Assembly (NCBI GenBank): GCA_030390025.1
Contig: CM059425.1
Location: 43,090,001 to 43,154,000 of the forward strand
Length of the DNA stretch: 64,000 bases
Reading direction: 5' to 3'
Source of the DNA: Squalus acanthias
Lineage: Eukaryota
Shown: positions 12,638 to 23,090 of the stretch, in pieces
Layout: each line of letters begins with the position of its first letter
Numbering within the stretch: the first letter of the stretch is position 1
The notes under the pieces: model-generated
What the model was told of the DNA's origin: nothing
Database searches by the model: none
Seen by the model: only the letters and a program-made list of their open reading frames with translations
Program-made: the position numbers and the translations under genes

Positions 12638-13153
12638 GACCCAGGATTTTCAGCTTTTATTTTTGACAAGCTTCAAGTGCCTGACTCTTCAAAACGAGGT
12701 CGAAATGAAGGTGAGAGCCGATGTGAGATTTGTGCAACACACCTAAATCAGCTGCGAAAGGAAGCCATTCAGATGGTCCATACACTCGACCAAGCATCCA
12801 GTCAGGAAATACCTGAGCTACCGCACAGTTCCATTGCAGTGAGCGGCGTTTCATCAAGAATTGCTTCCCAAAATATGGTCACCCTTTCATCACAAAGAGA
12901 CTGGCCTCTGGTCACAGGACAAACGAGCAGACAGCCTGGAAAATCAGGAAATGTAATCTCTGGTACAGAGAGAAGGAAAGGACTTGGCTGGCCTCAGGGT
13001 ACAGGCAGCCTTTCAAAGTCCAGTGTTCAAGTAACTGTTGGTTCCAGCGGTCTTAGCAATGCTCTGAACTCAGTCACCATTCAGGCACAACAGTACCTTG
13101 AGGGTATGTGGAGTATCTCTAGAGTCAACAACTTTCTTCCTCATGCCTATTTG
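12638..13153 (+). CDS. KIF26A: KIF26A-like kinesin, internal coding exon (172 codons, phase 0-0)
   Basis: Acceptor ttttctcctcttttcAG (AG 12636-37) and donor TTG|GTGAGT at 13154. Translates DPGFSAFIFDKLQVP...CEICATHLNQLRKEAIQMV...VTIQAQQYLEGMWSISRVNNFLPHAYL, recognised as the KIF26 N-terminal region. The EGMWSISRVN motif resembles KIF26A more than KIF26B (from memory). Confidence 0.9.
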
Positions 13154-13329
13154 GTGAGTATTTTGTTGTTTTATTATGACGAAAATAATGCCTGAAGATC
13201 TAAAACTTGTTAATGTGAGCATTTAATATTTCCTCAACAATTCAGAAAAACAAAGAATACTTGTTTGATACTTTTCAATTTGCTACAGTAAACAGATTAC
13301 AAAACCAGAAATGTATTGTACTTACCTCT

Positions 13330-14170
13330 CTCGACCCTTCAACTACCTCAGTCTGCTTGTCCGACGTCTAGTTTTGGTGGAGCAGCAGTTCCTCCAATTA
13401 AACATTGGGATGACCAAAGCCATTGCCTTCGGCGCCCACCATAAATTCTATCCTTCTCTCCGGCCATTGTCTCGGGTTGAACCCGACTGTTCAAAACCTT
13501 GGCGTTCAACTTGACCTGAGCTGAGCTTCCATCCCCATGTCCTTTCCATCACAAAGACCACCTACTTCCACCTCCGTAACATTGCCTGTCTTCATGTCTT
13601 CGCACCTGCTTCAGCCCATCTGCTACTGAAACTCTCATTCATGCTTTTGTTACCTCCAGACCTGACTATTCCAATGCTGACCTCCCATTTTCCACTCTCC
13701 ATTAATTTGACCTCATGCAAGACTCTGCTGCCGATATTTTAACCTGTTCACCCATCACCTCCATGTTTGCTGACCTATATTGGCTTCTGGTCTATCAACA
13801 CTTCAAATTTAAAATTCTCATCCTCCTGTTCAAATCCGTCTATGGCCTTGCCCCTCCCTATCTCTGTAACCCCTAACAGCCCTACAACCCTCCGAGAACT
13901 CTGCGTTCCTCCAATTCTGGGCTTTTACGCATCTGCTACTTCCTTTGCCCCACAATTGGCGGCCGTGCCTTCAGCCATCTAGGCCATAAGCTCTAAAATA
14001 CCTCTCCACCTCTCTCTCCTCCTTTTAAGACCCTCCTTAAAACCCACCTCTTTGACCAAATTTTTAGTCATCTCTCCTAATATCTCCTTCTTTGGCTCGG
14101 TGTCAATTTTTATCTGATTACACTCCTGTGAAGCGCCTTGGGACATTTTCCTGTGTTAAAGGTGTTGTTG
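13330..14170 (+). mobile_element. L2-type LINE 3' part
   Basis: LQLNIGMTKAI and LIHAFVTSRPDYSN motifs; similar to 42112-42952. Confidence 0.9.
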
Positions 14171-14299
14171 TGGGTCACTCATATTTTTGACAGGTAAGTG
14201 GTAACTCATCCCTTATGTAATAGTTGAAAAAGTGTGTTAAAGAACCTACTACAAAACCGGCATTGGAATTTTTTTATCACAATTAGAGGCAGTTCAAGT

Positions 14300-14690
14300 T
14301 TTTTTCCCCCTCCAGTTCTCTCCCATTACACCTCCTGTCCTGAAGGTGGCAGCTAATACTGGGGTATGATTTCTCAGCTCTTTGGTATTTTGTCCAAATG
14401 GCTATTCATGTCCGAACCTGGACAATGAGGGTCAGCAGGTTATTCAACTGTAAGGACATCATTGTTGAACCTTACAACCATACACATGAACTTTCCAGCA
14501 GGGGTTACTTGATAGCAATTAGGAGCTTGAACCCTGGCTGATTATACCACCTTTATCCAGATGCACTGACAATTATAACATGTTACCGACAGCCTGACTG
14601 AGATCAGTTAACTCAGCACAGTGGCAATTGCACCTGGGACCTTCCTCATCTGTATGCTCACACCATTTCCCACAGACCCTATAGAGAAGC
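14300..14690 (-). mobile_element. Family X SINE-like copy
   Basis: Same motif order as the other copies. Confidence 0.6.
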
Positions 14691-15264
14691 TTGTTCAGAT
14701 AATTTAGGGGTTTGCTGGAAAGGAGAAATCATAGGTGCAGTGGGGTAACTTGATGTTTGGTCCACTACCAGATTGTGATGACTTGTGTCTGTACTGTTGC
14801 CAGCGTGAAACCACAAGTTAGGTCTAGCTTACAGTGGCATTAGTTTGGAACAATTAGGCCAAATATACTGAGATTTAGATGTTTGAGTTTGATTCATCCA
14901 GGGCCCAGCTCAGTTTCTGAAATACAGTATAACCATGGCATGAATCCACCGTGGAAAATATCCACACGAGAGATGATAGAACATATCAGTCTGTGAGCAA
15001 CAGGAGTATACCAGATCACCAGATGATGTTGGGAAATGGATAAGTCAGATAGCATGTGTAGGGCTCTTTTGCAATTGTAGTGTCATTAGTAGATTGTGTT
15101 ATATCATTAATGCAATAAAGACATTTTGGATTCCCACAGCTCCTACCATCTGCTATCATAAGGGAAGCTGCATGTATAATTTTTTAATCTCTTATTTTTT
15201 TTCCTGCATGTACATTTTGATGAAGGTCTTCTTGAATATTGCAGAGCAGTGTATCCCATATACT

Positions 15265-15836
15265 AAATGCCTCGATTTTAAAATTCTCATCCCTGTGTTC
15301 AAGTCCCTCCATGACCTTGCTCCTCTGTATTTCTGTAAACTCTGCCAGCCCTACAACCAATGGTCCCTCTAAGCTGCACGTGGCCATGTAACAATCTGAA
15401 AGGTCCCAGGCCGGCCGCTCACCAGCTTTTCCATTGTAAATACCGCGCATGCGCAGAAATTTAAATGGACTGCACATTAAAAGAAACAGGCCGCGCAGAA
15501 CAAAGCACGGCTGACAGGGAACATTGCCTACAACCCTCCGAGGACGCTGCGTTCCACCAACTCTGGCCTCTTGTCCATCCCCCACTTCCTTCGCCCCACC
15601 ATTAGCTGTCTAGGCCCAAAGCGCTGGAATTCCCTCCCTAAAACTCTCCGCCTCTCTCTCTCCTCCTTTAAGACCCTCCTTAAAACCTACCTCTTTGACC
15701 AAGCTTTTGGTCACCTGTCCTAATGCCTTCTTCTTTGGCTCGGTATCAATTTTTTGTCTGATTACGCTCTTGTGAAGCAGCTTGGGATGTTTTATTATAT
15801 TAAAGGTGTTATATAAATGCAAGTTGTTGTTGTTGT
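15265..15836 (+). mobile_element. L2-type LINE 3' end interrupted by a hAT MITE
   Basis: Similar to 5537-5933; (gtt)n tail. Confidence 0.88.
15358..15526. mobile_element. hAT-type MITE (169 bp)
   Basis: 8-bp TSD CCTACAAC (15350-15357, 15527-15534); TIRs CAATGGTCCCTCTAAGCTG and CAATGTTCCCTGTCAGCCG (15/19). Confidence 0.85.
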
Positions 15837-15978
15837 AATACATTTCTATTTATTAGAGCTCTTTTGGATAATATGAATAATAGCACAGATCTTTTCACTG
15901 TATGTCAGTCAGGGTGATCTGTGAGGTAATCGAAGAGCTCTATAAATCAAGTCTTTAAATTGATTTCTTGAGTCTTAT

Positions 15979-16430
15979 AACAACAACAACAACAACAACT
16001 TATATTTATATAGCACCTTTAACATAATAAAACATCCCAAGGCGCTGCACAGGAGTATTTTAAGACAAAAAATTTGACACCGAGCCGCAAGGATAAATTA
16101 GGGCAGGTGACCAAAAGCTTGGTCAAAGAGGTAGGTTTTAAGGAGTGTCTTAAAGGAGGAAAGCGAGGTAGAGTGGCGGAGAGGTTTAGGCAGGGAATTC
16201 CAGAGCTTAGGGCCTAGGCAGCAGAAGGCACGGCCACCAATGGTTGAGCGATTATAATCAGGGATGCTCAAGGGGGCAGAATTAGAGAGCGCAGATATCC
16301 CGGGGGGTTGTGGGGCTGAAGGAGATTACAGCGATAGGGAGGGAGAGGCCATGGAGGGATTTGAAAACAAGGATGAGAATTTTGAAATCGAGGCGCTGCT
16401 TAACCGGGAGCCAATGTAGGTCAGCGAGCA
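15979..16430 (-). mobile_element. L2-type LINE 3' end (relatively young)
   Basis: (aac)n tail; close reverse complement of 5537-5933; possible TSD CTTAT (15974-78, 16431-35). Confidence 0.9.
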
Positions 16431-18799
16431 CTTATTTAAGTAGCATTTATTTCATTTGAAAAATAGTAAGTGAATAGTATGGCTGGCATTTTAGAATTTT
16501 CAAAGCAGCTCCCACTTTGCAATGATCAGGACCGAATGTTTGAACATTAAAAAAATCCATGATGAGAATAAGCCATTAACCCATCCAGCCCACTCCCTGC
16601 AGAGTTGATGTATGATCATTTTAACAGGGTCTTCTTCTTCTCCATTCCCCTCCCAACCATTGAGGCTGTATTGGCCAAGGAATAGTGAAAATATATTTTA
16701 AAATTTCAAACAAAAGTCATTGGGTTTATCAGTTTAAAACACTATTGTGCTTCAAGTTCAGCTCAGTGTATAAGCTGAACTCAAGAAGAAATTTGCCCAG
16801 TCACCCAGTGAGTTCATTGAACACTCCCATCCCACTACCACTGAAGCTACGTTTGAATTTCTTATTAATTTGTGCTGTCTGTTGCTTAAAATGATCCCTA
16901 CAAAGAAAATACCTTGTATACCTTAACCTTTCTTCCTGCTTTCAGCTAGTTTTGAATTTACTAATCAATAATTGCAATGTTTCCTAAGCTTTAATACTTA
17001 TGGAGGCTACCACATGTGTCCTTGTGTGATGCCACAATTTAAAGAGTATAACACATGACTGATAAAACCAGACTTGTGAGTTGTTTAACTATGGCATTGC
17101 ACCATATCCTGATGGTGTTCTATTTATACAGTGAGTAACTGGTTATAGTCTTATTTAGTTTTCAGGCATTCGTTTAAATAAAGAACATTTAAAGAGATTG
17201 AAAGACCTATCGAATTCATGAATAAAGAAAATGTAAAGAAATGAACAACCTGCCTTGTATTCATATACATCACTGAGATAGAATATGGGAGCTACATGTC
17301 ATTATGCAGTTCATTCAAATTTGTGGCATTGGGGATTATAGGTGATGAATTTGAGTATGTCTTGTCAAGGGATTGATGATTCATATTTGATAGATTGTAG
17401 TATGTTTTTTATGACATTGTCAAATGTTATTTCAGCCTTTCATTGTTGGTGCCCTTGTTTAAATTTGATTTTTTTTGCTTGTGACAGCAGCAATGAGAAA
17501 TGTGGTCATGTAGTGATTGTCGAAAATAGTCTCAGGAGAAAGTGGTATCCCGCACATGTAATTACACTGTTCCCGAGGCCAAACCGGTTGTATAACCTTT
17601 GATTATAAACACACACAAGAATAATTCAAGACATCTGAGATTTAAAAAGTGGAAAATTCAAATATTTTGTGCAGCAAATGGGGCCTACTTTCCGTTCAAA
17701 TACTATACTGCAGGCTGCCACCAATTGAAAATTACTGAGACACTTTGGCTTGTTCCTTCTGTGAATTTTTCATAAATTCAATTTAATGTAAATTAAACCC
17801 GCATTTGTGTAATGAGGTTTGTGTTTTAAAGTATTTACCAATTGAAGGAATCATTACTTAAAATTATTTTTGGAACTTTAAAGTCATCTGGGTTGCTTCA
17901 GTATTGCATTTGTCGAATATAATTTTTAAAAATTTGTTCTGTTGTATTGATTTGAATCCACTGCTGTACCAGTAATTGATATTTAATTCGGATTTAGTTC
18001 TATGAGTCAATGTGAGAGCATTGGTTATATAAAGAGAATTTAATTCAGGGCTGAGGTAATATAAGATGAGCAGACATCTCTAGATGATGTAAGTGTTAGC
18101 CAATGAGAATGCGTAAAAATAGTCAGCACAGGGTGGCATAGAGTCATGACTCATGACAAAATCTGCCAGATCTACAGAATATTTCGAATCATTTTTCCAG
18201 TAGAATATTCACATATCATCATCCAACAATAACACTATTTACAGAACAATTTTAAGAAGCGTAAATATAAACTGGTTATATGTACAATTAAACATCAAGT
18301 AGCCTGTTGGCATACATAGTTGTAGACTATAGCCCAGAATTTCCTGGAAAGTTTCAGCATAACTACAGAGTGAGAGTGGCATTGCACCAATTTTTAACCG
18401 AAGAAATTTGTGCCGAACTGATTTACGCGGAAACACCGATACACGTGAATTACCTCAATCATTTGAGGCACTTCCAAGATACATGTGCCGAAACCCTCTG
18501 GTGCTCATTTACATAGCCCTGCCCCTATGTAAAAGACCAGCTCATGTGAGTTTCCTGGATTTACGCTGGTGTAGATCTACACCCAAAAATGTAGGCGCAG
18601 CATGGCCCGAAGTCACCTGAAATGGGCGTAGCTGAGATTTCTGTTTTTTTTTTAACTGGGACCAGCACTAAACTTAAACAAAGTGCTATCAATCTCAGTA
18701 CACTCAATGTTTCGGTTCCCCACCCCCTCCCCCACATGTTGAGAAGGACTAAGCAGCTGGAATGGCCTTTGCAATTGGCATACCCTTGTTCTGCATATT

Positions 18800-18894
18800 T
18801 CTTCACTTCACCTGACGAAGGAGCAGCCGCTCCGAAAGCTTGTGATTTCAAATAAAACTGTTGGACTATAACCTGGTGTCGTGCGACTTCTCAC
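18800..18894 (+). mobile_element. Penelope-like pLTR mini-insertion with TSD
   Basis: Closely similar to 3607-3693; flanked by the 11-bp direct repeat TTCTGCATATT (18789-18799, 18895-18905). Confidence 0.85.
18808..18845 (+). ncRNA. Minimal type I hammerhead ribozyme motif
   Basis: TCAC-CTGACGA-A-GGAGC-agcc-GCTCC-GAA-AGCT-T-GTGA; helix I TCAC/GTGA covaries with TTAC/GTAA of the 3.6-kb copy. Confidence 0.8.
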
Positions 18895-19019
18895 TTCTGC
18901 ATATTAATGGCAGAGGAAGAGGAGCAGCGGAGGCAAGGGGCTCTGAGAGTGACGCACCACAGCAGTACATAGTGATAGACTGAAATCACTAGCATTGCAA
19001 CACAATAGCCGTTACTGAA

Positions 19020-19225
19020 AATCTGGAAATCTCTCTTCCAAAAAGGCTGTGAATGCTGGGTCAATTGGAATTTTCAAGACTGAGATTGATAGACTTTTGC
19101 TAGGTAAGGGTATCAAGGGATATGGATCAAATGCGGGTAAATGGAGTTGAGGTACAGATCAGCCATGATCTGAATGAATGGCGGAACAGGCTCGAGGGGC
19201 TGAATGGCCTACTCCTGTACCTATG
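19020..19225 (+). mobile_element. CR1 LINE 3' end
   Basis: Similar to 52735-52945, including gatcagccatgatct...gaatggcctactcctg. Confidence 0.85.
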
Positions 19226-22150
19226 TAGTTCTGTATTTGTACTGAGTTCTTACTGAATTAGAAATTTAATGTGAAAACAGACATTGCGCATTTTCCGTCA
19301 GCCAGTTATGAGTAATTTGGAAAGGATTTGCCTGTTCAAACATTATTAAACTTACGGTTTCACTGTACACAAATGATGGATTAGCAACAAAGCAGGCTTA
19401 GCTTTTGTCCTAGGTTTATGGCTGAGGAGAAGGCTGTAAAATGCAGGACCAAGCTCATTCGGGACTTTAAAGTTATGTACCTATTCTGGGTAAACATCTG
19501 AACAAATCCCAAAGAAGGTTGTCACAGACTTGCTAAATTCCTCACTTCTCCAATGTGTACCTTCTGTCAGTGCATTGCGATGAGTAAAAATTACGACATA
19601 GCACGTCTGTGTTACTTAGTAAACAGTGAAACACTTCCCTTAGTTGTGTGACCTTCGGGTTAAATGTGACAATAAGAAATTCATGGTTCTGTAAGTAAAC
19701 AGCATTCAGTGGTCCACAGCATTAATTCTTGTGACAATACTGCGTGTGTTTTGTTTAAAACCCCATCTTTAGAGAGAGGGTAATAATAGCATGAAATGCA
19801 AGCACACTAAAAGTCGCTTTATACAATTTAATATTTAAATGAAGGGTGTTGGGAGGCATTGATTGTGAAACCACAAAGCATTTTGCAGGAATCAGTTGGC
19901 TCTATTCTTGCACAGTGATGATATTGATAAACACACTTGCTGACAAAAAGCAGGTTTGCATAATTAGAGAAGAAAATATGAGACACTCAGACAAAAGAAA
20001 CAGACGGACTTTGTGAGTTAACAAAACACTGTCCGCGTACTTTAAAGGGCAAGCCAGTTGATTTTTCTTCTTTTTCATAGTTGAATCAAAAGAGTATGTT
20101 TTTGTTATAAGCAGTTCTATTCAGGAGAAGTCTTATCTGGAGGGCCTGAGGCATCGCACTCAACAGTAAATGGAAATTCATTGCTGGAATTGATATATCT
20201 TTAGGCAATTTCAATGACATTAGGCAAAGAAGATCTAAGAAACAGTGGATGTCTCTTTAGTTTTACCTGCACTACATGGATTTTTGCTGCTCCTCTGCAC
20301 TACACACATGATTAGCAGCAGCCACACATTTGTTCCTGTTCATTGGCATGGCTTTGGACTGACAGTGAGCTAAAGGTTATTACACATATGGTAGAAGCCA
20401 TGGGAATTCAAATTACAGAATTTAAAAACTGTTGACAGCTTTTATTTAGTTACTTATTTTTTTCCAGGAGATTGCTTTTCATGATTAGCAGCTCACATAA
20501 GACACAGTTCCTGTTCAACTGCTGCATGTTTCCGTTCGTTGACTTTGATAGAGTGACTGAGACTGTTTGATGTATAGTTTTACTTTACAAATTACTGCCT
20601 TAGTATAGGCGCTGCTATCCATTGACATCCTTATGGAAGACACTTGGAAATGAGGATTAACTGCTGTAGCATTGCTGGAAACTTGAATGGGCCAGAGGGA
20701 TATGATCTGTAAGAGGCCGAGCTAAGAATAGTCACTGTGGTCCAGTAAAGATGACAGTGTGGCCTTAATTGGTAGATTGGGAAACATTGTTCAGAATGAG
20801 CTACAGCCTCAGTAGTGGTGTGTGTACCTTTTCACTCCTTAACTTCATATGGTCAGCATTATATAGCTAGTCTCCTTAAATACGTTTCATCTATTTTTAC
20901 ATGTGTTCCTGGATTAATCTTCAATGCCTTCAAAATAGATCTAAAGCATCAAGCTTATCTAAAACTTAATAAGTATGTGTTTATTGATTCAACTGATGAA
21001 AGGAAGAATTAAATTAGTATAGAAGAAGCTTATGTATCTGAAACTCTTTCATCCATATTGTCACATCGACCATTAACCTACTACATTGTCTTAGTATAGT
21101 TCTGACTATTCAGATTACAAGGAAATAAATGCCCAGTTGCTACCAGTTGTGTCCTGAGATTATAGCTTGCCATTGTTATCATGCATACTTCTTCCAAATC
21201 AACAGAACTGGGAATGCTTTCCTTATTAATACCAAGGGTCTTGTTTTAAAGATGTCACCTTTCGTTCTTTCCTCATCTTTGTTCCAAAATACCTCTTTCC
21301 ATATTCAGTTAGTGGATGCATGCATTTACTTTGGATGTGATCTTACTTCCTTAATCAAGTGCTGTTCTTAAAAAAGTATGTAATGAGTCTGCTTTTGTAA
21401 TTGAATAAAATTATTTAAATGCCCACCATCTTGTTTAGTGTAGGCTATTTCATCTAGCATTTGGAAAGGATTTCATTTCACTGTACTTCTATAGTTATAC
21501 CAAATTGTTGTTTTAGATCAACCTATCCAGTGTGTATATACTGTACCTCAATGATAAAAACCAGGAGCAGCTGTACTTGGAAGACATTCAGTGGTATCTG
21601 TTCAATGGGAGTACAATATTTAGCATTTTTAAATTTATATTAAAAAAATATATAACATTGACAGTGTTTAAAAAAAAAACAAAGACATTTTCAAAAAGGA
21701 AAGTTGAATGATATTGCAAACGGTTTGATTCATTACACTTGTATGAGCTATCACTTAAACAGATAGTAACCCTAGATGATGGACTACTGAGAAACCATGT
21801 ATGGCAGATATTCATAACAAAAGGCAAGCAGCTCTGCAATTGAATGATAAAATGTGTGACAATAATGGAAATTGGTTTATATTCCTCCATTACTTCATGG
21901 TTGTCAAACTGTTTAACTGTGCATTACTCTGACCAAAGCCTCTTAGTTGTATGCTGCTTGTCTTGTGAATTCATGGTTGTAACCTCTAATACTGGGCATT
22001 GTAAGACATGCTTGTCCACCTTATTTAATTTTAGTTGTCACTATTGTAACCGCTGCAACGAATGGGGGAGCTAACCAATGATGATATAAAGCAAAATGCT
22101 TTACAAGTCAGTTTGTCATCCATCCTTTGCTATTTATTTTTTGTTTTTAG

Positions 22151-22320
22151 GCACAGACAACAATGACAGAGAGTGGAAAAGAAGGTTTGTCTCAAGAAAC
22201 CATCATCCCACAGAACAGCAGCAGTCAAGCCTGGGTAGCAGGCCCACCAGCCTCCCAGAATTCATTACTACCTGGCAGGATTTCTTCCGGCACTTCAGCT
22301 GCAGCTTCTTTCTTCATCAG
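22151..22320 (+). CDS. KIF26A: KIF26A-like internal coding exon (170 nt, phase 0-2)
   Basis: Acceptor ttttttgtttttAG ending 22150 and donor CAG|GTATTG at 22321. Translates AQTTMTESGKEGLSQE...SSGTSAAASFFI(R); in frame with both neighbouring exons. Confidence 0.9.
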
Positions 22321-22577
22321 GTATTGGATTGTTTCATTCAAATCGCTGGAAAGCAGTAATTTAGGTTAAACATTGTCAAATCTTGGTTGGTCAACATGAT
22401 TTTTCACAAAAAATACTTCAGAAACAAAATAATTTTAATCAGCCAATAAATTGGCAGGAATGACAGATATTGGCTAACCGTTAGAAATGAATTTTAAGGG
22501 CAATATTATTGGATAATTTGATACATTTTATTTCTCTGTCCCCTCATTTTGTAAATTATTTTTCTCTTGTCTCCTTG

Positions 22578-22681
22578 GGGTAGATCTTGACTTTGAGCTC
22601 AATGGCAATAGAAATCAGGAGAGATGTAATGCAGGCTCCCGACTCACTATCACCTGTTTTACACTAGATCAAGATCTACCC
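22578..22681. mobile_element. Short MITE
   Basis: Perfect 13-bp TIR GGGTAGATCTTGA. Confidence 0.65.
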
Positions 22682-22964
22682 TCTTCTTCTCTCCCATCAT
22701 ACACTATTCTCCAACTGACTGACAAAGCCACATGTTACCAGACCTCTGCCCAAGCTTCTTTTGAAACTCCTGGGTGTAACAGCGTCATGTTTTATTTTCG
22801 CTCTCCCAGGAGAAGGTCCTCTTCTCTCCTGAGTAGCATTTCAGATGGGCTGGTTGAGATCTGCAGTTGACGTAGGAACATGGGAATTTCTAGACAAAAA
22901 AAACCAAGGTCCATCTAGTTTGCCTTCTACCAACCTGGTAGTCACACGATACAACATAAATACC

Positions 22965-23090
22965 TGAAGGGAAAACATTTATGGGGAAAGAGCAGGGGAG
23001 TGGGATTAATTAGATAGCTCTACCAAAGAGCCGGCACAGGCTGATGGGCCGAATGGCCGCCTTCCGTGCTGTATCATTCTATGATTGTAT
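22965..23090 (+). mobile_element. CR1 LINE 3' end fragment (second subfamily)
   Basis: tatggggaaagagcaggggagtggga...gggccgaatggcc...ttctatgatt; similar to 38815-38918. Confidence 0.75.

Noticed and set aside
12617-13195. 192-aa ORF as a standalone gene
   Set aside because: The ATG lies in the acceptor region and the tail runs past the donor; only 12638-13153 is an exon.
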